A stretch of 64,000 nt of DNA from Oopsacas minuta (GCA_024704765.1 JAKMXF010000321.1:744001-808000); one strand, 5' to 3'. Shown: positions 1 to 12,397, counted from the first letter of the stretch. Program-made: numbers and translations. Notes: generated by a model from the sequence alone, not told the origin.

Positions 1-189
<189 letters not shown>

Positions 190-299
190 TACGCCAATTT
201 GAAGTATTTTTAGCATATAGGATATTAGATTAGATATCTAGTGAGAGTGTCGTATATATTGCTTCTTTGATATGAATAAATATTAGTAGTTTGACTATA

Positions 300-438
300 T
301 AGTAAACTTTCGTTATAACGAAATGCTCGGAACTCTGGTTTCATATCGTTATAATCGGTATTTCGTTAAGCGAAGTACTATCAATTATTTTCAAGCTATA
401 GAGGTAAAGAATCACTTAGTTATAACAGGAGTTGACAG
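300..438. mobile_element. Tc1/mariner-pogo (Tigger-like) MITE
   Basis: Imperfect TIRs tagtaaactttcgttataac / gttataacaggagttgacag with TA flanks; a related copy lies in reverse orientation at 3470-3538. Confidence 0.5.
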
Positions 439-565
439 TAATAGGGGAATAAGAGTTCATGGTTTAACTCCTTTTAATATTATCAATACAAGCAGAATAA
501 ACCGAAGGCTATAGAATAATTCTCAAATATAAATAGGTAAAATGCTGATGCTCTTTCCTCATGGA

Positions 566-1871
566 TCAGGATGGATATGTGAATAATTGGCCTGTCACAT
601 TAGCCAAATTTATATTAATAGAGAAACTACAATAATTTTCGAGAAAATCATATAACCTCTGAATAAGAGAATACACATTTATAGAAGTGAAAAGAAAGAT
701 ACCTGTTGGAGCTAAGAACATTATCCTCTGTCCTGGTAATAGAGATCCTCCCTCTACCATTTTCCTAATTAACATACAAGCTATGTGTGTTTTACCCGCT
801 CCAGTCCCTAGAATACGTGATGAGCAATAAAAATAGTAACAGATCTCGAAATATATAATTACGAAAGCAGAAGTATATATAATCTCAACACAATCATATT
901 TCGAATAATCTCTTTTCAGTTATTAAATACAGTTTAATAAGTTTCGAATCCAAGAAAATATACAATTTGATGTGTATATGTTCTGCTTTCTCAGTTCCGA
1001 ACCGGTAATGACCCCTCTATCAATCAGATCACAGATCTAATTGAAAATGATTGTTCGGGGCCTACTGGAACAGGGAATCCTTATAGGGAACACCGTAAAC
1101 CTACTGGCCAGTTTCACGCTTCGACTAATAAGCTGTTCACAATAAGTAACCAAGGATGTTCTATTAATTTCCCTAATGGACTGGTTTATAGATAGGGACG
1201 CGGGGTACATTAGTTTAGGTGTGAACGATGTCAAAATAGGATATTTTCATTCAATCTGAATTGTTTACTAATATGAATTTCGAAAGAAAGCTTAATAATT
1301 ACATGAAATAAATAAACCATTTTACACAAACTAAATTCACTAGATATAATGTAGTACTCAAACTACTCATAAAAGGTATACACATTCATTTTATGCTTCC
1401 ATCAATGGTTGTCTCCACCTCCCCAATCCAGACATATATGTGTCAAAGGTGGAATTTGATACGAGGGCTTTTCAAATTTCCTACCCCTGGGAGATTTCAA
1501 AAAGTAAAATCCCCATATCTTATGTAGGGTATTCTGGTGAGTAATTAGGGATAAAATGAGTAGGTCTTATCGAGTCTTTCTATAGTACAATAATATAACG
1601 TTAAGATCCTATCTCGAACAGAATTTGATTCTCCTGATAATTGGAGAGAGAGAGAGAGAGAGGACGCAAACATTAGTAACATACCTAGTGCTATGATCCT
1701 ATTCCCATTGAGTGCAGATTGAAGTAACTCAGTCTGATAAGGTCTAGGCTTCTTCTCAGGTACAACCACATCATCTCTGTGTTGATCGTAGTTATTATTA
1801 TTGTAGCGTCTATAATGGTGCCGATTTTTATATTGGTTCTTCTTGTAATGGTGAGGATGCTGAGCTGCCAT
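566..1871 (-). pseudogene. Dicer-type DExD/H helicase N-terminal fragment, two exons (1871-1685; 807-~703 or read-through to stop at 566)
   Basis: Exon 1 ends ...KPRPYQTELLQSALNGNRIIAL-G with a GT donor at 1684. An AG acceptor at 809-808 resumes in phase with TGAGKTHIACMLIRK...RIMFLAPT, giving Q-motif, Walker A (LGTGAGKT) and motif Ia as in Dicer helicases. Reading terminates at 566, 375 bp from the convergent ferlin stop. Confidence 0.7.
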
Positions 1872-2474
1872 CTCATAGAGGCTTATTATAGACTAATCAT
1901 ATACACTATATATATATATAAAAGAAATGTATTGGTAACGGAAATATAATTATTCGGTAGAAACTGAAATCCAAAGTTTTATTTCGCTCTTTCTAAAGAG
2001 CTGAAAATCTCTGGTCTTAAAAGAGGATAGTCAGGCTAGCGGTTTACGAACTGTCCACAGTGAAACCTCCACAAAAGGAGTTTGTGGAAACGGAATGAAA
2101 ATATAGAGCGAACTCTTAGTCCCATACAGATGAACTTCTACAGAATGGGAATTTGGCCGAAATTATGAAAACGGGGGAGCCTTTTTCAGCGTCCCTGACA
2201 CCCGTTTATGTTACGTAACACATTGGACTATTAAGGAATGTTTCGAAGACATTAGCGTCAACACATGTCAAAATTGTGGGACGTCCGGCCAAAATCGCGA
2301 CAGTTGGCAAGTGTGAGCATGTATAATCTCAAATAACTGAGGTAGTCGATAACCTGTAAAGTCAGAAAAGAACGTGTGTATAATATGATCAAGTGGTTAC
2401 ACGATAGCAATAATATCTATAATAATAATAATAACAATAATAATATGATTAAACTAATGACGTAAATAGGTCAG

Positions 2475-2768
2475 TTATGTTTCAGATGGATTCTGCACTA
2501 CAATCAATAGATACTCCTTATCAGGAGCTACCATTATCTCATGCTTCAGTGTTCTAATACGTAGAAAACAGAGGTCATTCTGTGGATCAATATCTCTGAC
2601 AGCACTCCTAGCTTTAGAACTGAGCTGTTGTATTAGAGCAGCGTATTGAGTAGTAGCAGAGTTATCTAATGTTGTCCTGATAGGTATACCCTCCGCATTC
2701 ACTATGATTACACCGACTACTCCGGGATGGGATTGAATGCGACGCATAGTCTCCTCTACCTCACTCAT
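2475..2768 (-). CDS. DYNLRB: Dynein light chain roadblock-type, intronless, 97 aa
   Basis: [36 protein letters not shown]...[36 protein letters not shown] is the classical roadblock/LC7 sequence; start placed at ATG 2768. Confidence 0.95.
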   Translation of the reverse strand: MSEVEETMRRIQSHPGVVGVIIVNAEGIPIRTTLDNSATTQYAALIQQLSSKARSAVRDIDPQNDLCFLRIRTLKHEIMVAPDKEYLLIVVQNPSET

Positions 2769-3469
2769 TGTATAGCTAATACAGATCAAATATTCATGTT
2801 AATAAATATCCAAATTCCTAGATAATTCAACTTCAACAGGGGGTGGGTAAGGGAGGCTAAGTACTCACAACGCTGAAGCTTAGCTCCCTCCACTTTGGAC
2901 AATCCTGGATCCGACTTGTTTCTATAATTGTAAAATTCGATACCAACAGCCATGACTATAATAATCTCAAAATGAACTATTCAAAGAATTGCAGAAATGA
3001 CAAATATGAAACAATGATTATGGGATATTTCCAAAACTTGGATATTCTCAAAACCGGACATTAGAAACCCAAAACAGACGCCTGGCAAGCCAAATTTCAG
3101 CTCAACATGAGATTCACCTGAACATGCATACGGGCTAGCGGTTCATTATCATTATCTCATCATTTTGTTACATATCAACAGAAGAATTGGTTCATTCATG
3201 AAAAATATTAAAATCAAATGACAGAAGTCAAATTTGATATGGAATTATGATAGACGAAGAAACCCCATCTCTATTAATCCAATATATTTACAGCATATGT
3301 ATACGTGTAGCTATTATATTGAGTAAATGGTGAAATAATGACAATAATAGATGTGGGCAGCTGAGTAGTTCAATATTCGAAATTATTTAGCGAATAGATC
3401 AATATTCGTTTACCAACCAAACATCAGTATTTGGTATTCGGTTGGCCCAAACCGAATATAATCTATTAT

Positions 3470-3538
3470 CAGTAGTACCTCCACTCATAACGAAATGAAT
3501 CGAGGTCCCGAGCACTTCGTTATAACGAGAGTTTACTG
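3470..3538. mobile_element. Short Tigger-like MITE, same family as 300-438
   Basis: Reverse complement cagtaaactctcgttataacgaagtgctcggg aligns to 300-335. Confidence 0.45.
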
Positions 3539-3934
3539 TATTCGGTTGGGCTACTATTCATCAAGACTGATATTTGGTTCGATCGGTTTCAACCCTAGAA
3601 AATATCCACGAAAATTATCCAAATTTTATGGAAATCTACTAATCTTATCTCGCTCTGAGTAAGGGATTAGAAATTAGAAAAGTAATTAAGGGAAATATCT
3701 AATTGAATATCTTAGAAGGATTCAAATAGTAATACATAATTACATAATTGATATGAGCTATGACGTACTTAATTAAAATATGTGACAAATGTCTGCACCG
3801 CATAATAGGAGGAATAATATCCAAATTATCCTATGATATAATTACAAATATTGTATTAATAATTAATAAATCGGTTTAATTTAGTATTTATAGCAATACT
3901 GTTCTCTATACGTGAGAAATCTTTACAAGATCTT

Positions 3935-4701
3935 TGCTCGATAGGATCACACGCATTTACTAGTGTTATATATATCAATAGATCTATTGATATTTTTATG
4001 AAAATTATTTCCTTGTTAAGTGATTTTTCATTTTCCATGATGATTTGGTTGTTTGGTGCTTCTCTTCTCCATTTGAGCTTTGCTGCTAGAAATCAGTTGA
4101 AGATTAAAATTGTTCTTCGATTCATCTTAATAGGAATATTATTTAATCTAATAATGGTGATATTTGTGTCTTTCCGTCTACTCAAATATTCGGTATTATC
4201 GCACAAAACCTGATGGATCAAATCAGTTTCTTTATTGTACTCGACATAGCTAAGAAGAGATTCTTTCCTGCCATGAATAGTCGTGTTATAGATGCATATC
4301 ATCTCCATAGTACTAATGTGTATCTACAACAGAAGAGATTGCTCAAACAGTATAAGGTACTAGTCTTTGTTTTCTTGTTCACATTTGAGTTATATATTCT
4401 GAAGGATCTTTTCTTGTGTAACTTCTTTGTGATATTAGATTCAATCTCTCTAAACCCTTGTTTGTTTCATGCGACATATATCCCTGTGCTCATAATATCA
4501 GAATCTACAAAGGGTACTCTTACACTAGTGAGCAATTTCTTTACTTTATTCGCCCACATAATTGACCTTATTGTATGCTTTAATTTCATCCTAGTAAATT
4601 TGGAAATTATGTATGCGAAGGCTGAAAGATGCATCAAGAGGTGGATTTATGACACAGACAAATATCGTTATAAAGTCTGTTCTGATCCTTTATTGCCTTG
4701 A
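3935..4701 (+). pseudogene. Orphan 7TM family copy A: lacks N-terminus/TM1-TM2 and has a frameshift near 4165
   Basis: ORFs 3998-4213 and 4213-4701 align to TM3-4 and TM5-7 of copies B/E. The upstream tacgtgagaaatctt...gatctttg block matches copy B's 5' flank but is joined directly to loop-2 coding sequence. Confidence 0.8.
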
Positions 4702-5656
4702 TTAGAAATTACAAAAGGAAATGACTATATTTTAATTCATTTGTCTGCATTTTATGTTTCTTGTTAGTGTAAATTGAAATATTCAGACCTGAGTTTGATT
4801 ACTACTGAATGATAATGATTACGATTATGACTACACTCTTCAAAAATTGTTGGACTATGATTACAGGAAATGTTGTAATCGATTACAATCGATTGCAAAT
4901 GTAATTATAATTATCAGCCCCAAGCCTGTTATAATCTATGCCATTATAATAATCCTTAAAATCTATAATGTACAGTGAGCGATATTCCACTGTTAGTCTA
5001 TTAGCAATTCGTTCACTGGTCCAAAGATCCAAATTTTAAGCAAATTTCATGATGTGCATTGTTTATACGTAATTGTTGCAATTTCGGGAATATAAATTTG
5101 GATATTTCTTTTTGGTTTGAATTAATACGGTCTAAAGTGTAAACAGTTTGCTAAACATATTTCACTAGAGGCTCGAAATACAACTTGGTATAGAAATTCC
5201 TCAGTCAATAATAATTAAATGGAGTAATGAGTAAACCTTGGATAGAAGGTGGACCAATTCACAAACAGGTAAATGGGTCAAATAAGTGGATGGTTACTAT
5301 GTATGAAATAAGTATTGTGAGCGAGCATAGAGAGAGAGAGAGTAAACAGTTTAGCTGATACAACGGAGAGTAAATTGTGTCCACTCGCTGTGATACACAT
5401 AACCAGTTAAGGGAAATGTCAAACTATAGTAATCCAGGAGTATTACATAGTAATTGATATTCCCCACTGAATTAATAGGTGCTAATGCTTGCACTGGTAA
5501 TATAAGAAAGAATATCCAAATTATCCTAAAATAGAAGTTACAGGATATTTACCTGTAATTTGCAATCTAGTAATCTATCTAATTAAGTATTTATACCAAT
5601 ATAGTATGTATACGTGAGAAATCTTCAAAAGATCTTTGAGAAGCAGAATAATTGGG

Positions 5657-6772
5657 ATGAATAACAGTTCTTATCTACACACAGAACTCCACATTCTAAA
5701 GAAAACTAGGTCTATAGGGAAGCTAATCGGTGTGGGATTAATACTAACCTATATCATATTATGCCTCGTGTGGTTACCCTATGTTATAGCCAGGATTTTC
5801 TCACGAGTTAGAAACAAAAGGAGACTCATTACTTTAATGAGTCTAGATAGTAGTTGTGATTATACGTATCGTCTCTTTGTCCAGAAGGAAGATATTTTCC
5901 GGTATGTTATATTTCTTGTATTTCTTTGCTTTGAGCTGATGTGCTGCTTGAGTATAACTATATTTGGAGTCATAATAGAACTCAAGTTAAGCTTTAATAT
6001 GATTCCAGTTGGTCCGAACTGCTCAGTAAATTCGAAAACATTCAGCAGTTTTTCTTATGATATTCAGAAATTTCTCCTTTTGTTCGATGCTTTTTCATTT
6101 TCCATGATGCTTTGGTTGTTTGGTGCTCTGTTTCTTCATTTGAGTTTTGCAGCTAGAAATGAGTTGAAAATAAAAATAGTGCTGCGCTTCATCTTGTTTG
6201 GGATACTTATTAATCTCATCATATTAATATTCTCATGTATTCGATATACCAGCATTTTCGGTGTCATCATACGAAGTTTGATGGATCAAATCAGTTTCTT
6301 TATTGTGCTTTACATAGCTAAGAAGAGATTCTTTCCTGCCATGAATAGTCGTGTTATAGATGCATATCATCTCCATAGTACTAATGTGTATCTACAACAG
6401 AAGAGATTGTCCAAACAGTATAAGATGCTTGTCTTTGTTTTCTTGTTCTTATCCGAATTAGTTATCCTGAAATTTATATGTTTTTATGATTTGTATGCAA
6501 TAATTGAAACAATCTCTCTAAATCGTTGTTGGTTTCAAGTAACCAATCATTTCCCTATACTCATGATATCAGAATCTTCAATGGGCACACTTACTCAAAT
6601 CAGCAGTTATTGCTTGACATTCAATGACTTGATTGATCTTGTTATATATTTTATATTTATTATTGTAAACTTAAACATTATGTATGTCACAGCTAAGAGA
6701 TGCATTAAGAACAGGTTTTATGACAGAGAAAGATATCGTTATCATGTCTGTTCTGATCCTTTATTGTCTTGA
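5657..6772 (+). CDS. Orphan 7TM family copy B (intact, intronless, ~371 aa)
   Basis: Seven hydrophobic segments; N-terminal NNSS sequons; basic loop after TM1 (RNKRR); loop Cys (NCS; RCWF); start taken at ATG 5657. Confidence 0.85.
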   Translation: MNNSSYLHTELHILKKTRSIGKLIGVGLILTYIILCLVWLPYVIARIFSRVRNKRRLITLMSLDSSCDYTYRLFVQKEDIFRYVIFLVFLCFELMCCLSITIFGVIIELKLSFNMIPVGPNCSVNSKTFSSFSYDIQKFLLLFDAFSFSMMLWLFGALFLHLSFAARNELKIKIVLRFILFGILINLIILIFSCIRYTSIFGVIIRSLMDQISFFIVLYIAKKRFFPAMNSRVIDAYHLHSTNVYLQQKRLSKQYKMLVFVFLFLSELVILKFICFYDLYAIIETISLNRCWFQVTNHFPILMISESSMGTLTQISSYCLTFNDLIDLVIYFIFIIVNLNIMYVTAKRCIKNRFYDRERYRYHVCSDPLLS

Positions 6773-8130
6773 TTTTGGAAATTACAAACAGAGTATAACT
6801 AGATTATTGCTATTTGTATGCATTCTATCTTTCTTAATTGTAGTGTATTGCAATATTTAACAAAAATAAGCACACTATACACTATGTAACAATGTTGCAT
6901 CAAGATTAAACTTTTTCATCCAACCTGCTTTCATCGTGTATAGTGGGCTTTAGGGTTTGTTTATGTTCCAAAGTAAATTCGTGACCTGGGATACTCACTA
7001 TATATCGTGGGCGGAAAGCATACTTATGTGCAGGGACGTCGCCAGGATTTCACCTAGGGGGTCAAAGAAATGTAGTCTTGATTTAGATATTGATAACAAT
7101 GTCCAGCCTCGATCAAGTGATTTAATCACGGAATACTGAACACTGAAGAATTGACAACTATCAATCTACGGGGAAATGTATTTTCCACAGTGAAACGAAA
7201 ACTACCTCTCTAACTAACTAACTAATTTTGTTGTACAAATTTTCGGTCAAGTTTGAGAATTGACAAAACCAGAGAATTGATATATCCGAGTTGGCAATAA
7301 CTGCGTACATCCATTTACACGCTGAATAGATTCCATATATTATACAAGTTTCGTTAAAAAAAAGCCTATAAAAATTCATGCAGAGAGCTTTGGATATATG
7401 TATAATGCCAACCTGGTAAAGAAAAACGCGGGACCAGATGTACTAATTAAGGGAGACACCGCGGGACGCAAATTCAAATTCTCCTGAACTATATAAAAGC
7501 GGGACAATTTAGGTTTTTGGGAAGTTTTGGTGAGATATTAGCCACAGACATGTTCGAAAGCATCGGGGCAGTTGGAATGTATATACTATATGTCACGAGT
7601 TCAATTAATACAACATATGTAGTTTCATGAACAAATAGTGAAATGCAACTTTTCATATCCGACAACATTCTATTACTGCTACTGCTACTATGTAAGTACA
7701 ATAGGATATTACTAACAGACAATTCCTTACAACACATCTTCCATTACACAATATGCAATTATATTAATTTAGTTCATTTCATAATACCTTGGGACTATTA
7801 GATAATTCTATTATACTGTTATTGCAAAAGTTCTTCAACAAAACAAAACATTAATAGTGAAAGCCCTAATAAGTTTTGGTATTAGTTACAAAGTACATTT
7901 AATAAAGGTAATTCCTAAATATTGCACAATTATATCCGTAAGCATGTATTCAGTATGTGAGCTCTTACAGTCATATATATAATTGTAATGTTTTACAAAT
8001 TTCTTTCTAAGGCTTAGGATTTTTGTAATCAGTATTAATGACAAAATAATATTAACAAATATTACATTACGAACCCACGTGAATATATTTGATGTTCGCC
8101 AGCCAGTATTATAATATTGATTGAGTATAA

Positions 8131-9261
8131 ATGACAAAAAATAATTTTAGTAGTGAAAATGGATTCTAAAAGAGTTTTACAAACATTATACAACATTAAT
8201 ATATCATTTAGTGTATGTAACAATTGTCTCGCGATAATAGGCATACTGTATTCAGTTTGGAAACTATTTCATATCCTGAAAAAGAAGAGATATGTTAATG
8301 CTATGGGAAAGAAGTTTGGATATGAAACTTGTAAATGGAAATACATTGAGAAGCAATTGAGAATTACATTATTTCTGATGCTACAAATCATAGAATCGCT
8401 GTATATAACATTGTATAACACAGAATCTATCCTCAGGAAGGCATATATAAGTTCGTTTTCTGGGAAAGATATTAGTATATCGAATGATTGTGTTCTTATC
8501 AACGGAACGTATTTATCCAATGAATACGATACCAGCAATTCTGAAATAGCATATAACGTGATGAAGAGTATTCAACAGGCTCTATTCTTGTATGGACTAT
8601 GGATAGCCTGCATATTTCTATCTCACATTTGTAAGGCAATGAACAAACTTGTAGAACGAAAGAAATTTGTCACATGCTCATTATTAGGTAGTATAGGAGC
8701 AGTAATTGTATTTGTGGTTAACAGTATACCAGTTCTCAGACTTATAGGCTTCCCTTTGCTATGGTGCTCAGTCAGATTATATTAGTATTTGCAATGTTAA
8801 AAGCTTGGAAGTATTTATATCTTTTCTATCAAAAAAACAAAGCTTTTCACTTTAGCTATTCTACAACCTCACCATACATGCAGCACAAAGCATGGTTATT
8901 CAAACAATACTTCATTGTTATATTTACTCTAGGGATAATATTCCAACTCTATATAATGGGGGACTTATGTGACGTAGTGTATATAATCGAAGAAACTTTG
9001 ATAAAAAACCCATGCTGGATCAAGAAGACTTTAAACATACATGTATCTTCTCCAAATCTGGTTCTGCTAAATAGGTTGAATACCTCCTATATTGTGGTTA
9101 GGTTTTCTTCAGTGATTTTCAAGTTACTTTTCAATATCGGAGTGAGCATCATACAGGTGTATATTCTTGTGTGCTATATTTATGGAAGGAAGAAACCCAA
9201 GCGTAAAATCTCTATTAATAACGATTATTCATTGTCAAGTTCTCTGTTACCTGAATCATGA
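8131..9261 (+). pseudogene. Orphan 7TM family copy C, highly divergent; one frameshift near 8758 and possibly a second near 8160
   Basis: ORFs 8153-8785 and 8761-9261 retain family landmarks: TM2 Glu, ISNDC..NGT loop, FKQY, FQLYI, NPCW and terminal SLL. An out-of-frame ATG at 8131 gives MTKNNFSS, resembling the family N-terminus. Could be an intact gene with consensus errors. Confidence 0.65.
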
Positions 9262-9974
9262 TGATATCTAAACTGGTGATAGAAATTATGAAAATAATAT
9301 TTATTAGACATTAAGTCTCACGGAAATTTACATTCCATATTATTTGCTATACATAAAGTCCAGTTTTTATCAGGAAAATTTGTGTAAATTCTATTATTAA
9401 TATGAATTATTGTGTGTGTTCGTATTTGAATGAATTTAATAATCAGTCTGGATTCAATTACAAATCTGTTGTTCGTGAGTGGACTTAATCACTTTTCGAG
9501 GTAAATATAGAAAGTATAGGCCAGTCAAATAAATTAATAATTGTGTGTTAAGGACTTGTTGACTGGATACAACAAAATAAATACTCAAGACAGCGTTATT
9601 ATATTTAAACCTGATTAATTTACATAGGGAATCTATAAATTTACAATATCGTAACAAACATGGCTACAGTCCTGTTTACTCATTTAAGTATTCTCGGGTA
9701 TTAAATATAATTGTAAATAAATATACAAAATGTAAATAAGAAGATATATAAATACATACAAATGAATATATAGACATGTAAAATCATAGAGCATCATATA
9801 CGACTTGGTTATAGAATGGAAAGAAGAGAACTATACAAGAAGAGAGAACTGGAAATGGGAAGAGACCTATACAAGTAGAGAGAACTAGAAATGGGAAGAG
9901 AGCTATACAAGCAGAATAAATATATTATTGGGTGTGATCAGTAGAAGCATTAGATATAAGTGGATTCTTCAAAT

Positions 9975-10272
9975 ATTCAGAATTGTAACGATACCTCAGT
10001 GCTTATCTATATGCGATTACAGATTCTATTAGCAATAATCCTTACTGGTTCCACGTCACCTATCATGTCTCTATGTTCACTATACCAGATTCTACTAAGC
10101 AGATTCTTAATCAAATCAGCGATTATTGTTTTGCATGTATTCGCTTGATTGATCTTGTTGTTTACTTAAATTTTATTCTTGTAAATCTAAATATTATGTA
10201 CGTCACAGCCAAGAAGTGTTTTAAGAGAAAGATATCGTTATCAAGTGTGTTCTAATCCTTTATTATCCTGAT
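9975..10272 (+). pseudogene. Orphan 7TM family copy D, 3' fragment (late TM6 to C-terminus)
   Basis: One frame reads LYAITDSISNNPYWFHVTYHVSMFTIPDSTKQILNQISDYCFACIRLIDLVVYLNFILVNLNIMYVTAKKCFKR, homologous to the B/E C-terminal third; ends in ..cctttattatcctga like B's ..cctttattgtcttga. Confidence 0.75.
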
Positions 10273-10809
10273 TAGAAGTAGCTTTATTATATTTAGTATC
10301 TATGTTTGTTAATATTTCCTCATGATAGTTAACCTTGTATATATTAGTCAATAATTAACAGAATTGGTTATATTCTTCTGGGTTATGCAATTACTGGGAA
10401 TATATTTAACTTTTCCCATATCACATATAATTCACCTAGTTAGGAAGTATCCCAAAACATAAGTGATTTTGGGTTCCAATCTATATTTGTATAATTATAA
10501 ATACGGATCGGTGTTATCATATGATTAGTGATAACAGTAAAGTATATTTATGATTAGTATACTATAATCAAATCGTATTAGCCTTTATTATACATGTATA
10601 CAATTGTTAAACTTATAATTACTTATGATGTAAGATTAATTGAAACTTTTGAAACTTTTGAACCTTCTAAAAATAATGTCATAAATGTTATGATAGAAAC
10701 AACTTTCTATATAATACAATTATACTATCATTGAGGGTATAATCATATCACAAGATAAGTATAATTCAACTATAAAAGAACAAATATAAGATTGAACTTA
10801 AGACATACG

Positions 10810-11997
10810 ATGAATAACTCTACTGACATAATAAGTAATAAAGATCAAAATACAGAATTTTTTTCTATTTGGAATTCTGTTGATGATAACATCTATCATC
10901 TTGACCAAGCATTAGCAATAGTGTACACATTCTTGTGTGTATTCTGGTTAGTTTATGTCGTATTAGATCTAGGATCACAATTAAGATACAAGAAGAGACT
11001 TGTAATATTAACTTTGTGCTACAAAGACGATTATAACAATCGTATTTTCATCCAAAATGAGAAAATACAACGCAATTCTGTTTTTTTGCTTTTTCTCTGC
11101 TTTGAACTTACATACAGTCTAATAATAAATATTTATGGGTTCGTATATATGTTGTATATTCCTGAAATTATTAGAATCTCAATTGGCCAAAATTGTTCTC
11201 TGTATTCGGAAAGTTTTCTCGGGACTACATATGACACTAGATTTATGAATATATTTCTGAATATTATCTCTTTGTTTGGTGATTTTTCATTTTTCATGAT
11301 GATTTGGTTGTTTGGTGCTTCTCTTCTCCATTTGACTTATGCTGCTAGAAATGAGTTGAGGAGTAAAAGTCTCCTTCATTTCATCTTAATAGGCATGCTT
11401 ATCAATTTTGTTACAGTGGCCGTAGCATATATTCCATATACTAGCCTATTCGGTACCATAGCACAGAGTTGGATGGAACAAATCAGTTTCATCATTGTGC
11501 TTTTCATTGCTAAGAAGAAATTCTTTCCTGCCATGAATAGTCGTGTTATAGATGCATACCATCTCCATAATACTAATGTGTATCTACAACAGAAGAAATT
11601 GTTAAAACAGTATAAGCTGCTTGTTTCATTCTTCTTATTTACCTTTGAGCTATACATCTTTAAGAATATTTTCTTCTTCAATTTGTATGCCATTTTCCAA
11701 TCTATTTGTGTAAATCCTTGTTGGTTTAATGTGACCTATCAAATACCGATGTTCACCATATCAGAGTCCACAAATATTCTTCTTCATAAAATCAGTGCCT
11801 ACTTCTTAATATTCGGACATATTATTGACCTTATCGTCTATATTGATTTGATTCTAATCAGTCTACTTTTCATATATATCACTTCAAAGAGATACCTTCA
11901 GAGAAGATACTGCGATAGCAAAAAAGATCATTATCGTTATCAAGTATATTCTACACGTACTACACCCTTATTATCTGCTGCTGAAAAACATTATTGA
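10810..11997 (+). CDS. Orphan 7TM family copy E (intact, ~395 aa)
   Basis: Seven hydrophobic segments, MNNST N-terminus, NCS and NPCWFNVT loops, conserved FFPAMNSRVIDAYHLH loop; start ATG 10810. Confidence 0.88.
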   Translation: MNNSTDIISNKDQNTEFFSIWNSVDDNIYHLDQALAIVYTFLCVFWLVYVVLDLGSQLRYKKRLVILTLCYKDDYNNRIFIQNEKIQRNSVFLLFLCFELTYSLIINIYGFVYMLYIPEIIRISIGQNCSLYSESFLGTTYDTRFMNIFLNIISLFGDFSFFMMIWLFGASLLHLTYAARNELRSKSLLHFILIGMLINFVTVAVAYIPYTSLFGTIAQSWMEQISFIIVLFIAKKKFFPAMNSRVIDAYHLHNTNVYLQQKKLLKQYKLLVSFFLFTFELYIFKNIFFFNLYAIFQSICVNPCWFNVTYQIPMFTISESTNILLHKISAYFLIFGHIIDLIVYIDLILISLLFIYITSKRYLQRRYCDSKKDHYRYQVYSTRTTPLLSAAEKHY

Positions 11998-12397
11998 TAA
12001 TATATTATAACCAATGGATGTACTACAGTTACTTAATATATTATATATTTTGGAAAATTAATGAAAATTAATAAAAATAATTTAGTGTATGAAAAAATGA
12101 GAAAGAAATTTTATAGATAGAATAATATGAATGTTCACATGTCGATGGGTTACATGGGTGATCACTAGATGTAATCCATTTGAAGTTATGCTGCTATTTA
12201 TGTCATTTTGCTGAGACTTCAGAGATGTAATAAAATACTGATTTTATCATAATTTGGTGAATAATTATCCAGTGAATAATATACTCTAAATATTCATTTT
12301 CACGAACAAAATAATAGTCATATAAACATACAAGTCTGAATATTAAAGAAACGAAAGTTATACAATTATAACAGATAAAAGCAGATATTAATGTATG

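Noticed and set aside
9826-9912. ~36-bp tandem repeat (about 2.4 copies)
   Set aside because: Short purine-rich minisatellite with no further structure.
11376-11693. Assorted 60-120 aa ORFs antisense to real genes (e.g. 11376-11693, 31823-32185, 43171-43488, 49254-49613, 57394-57648)
   Set aside because: Shadows of the coding strand with no independent motif support.
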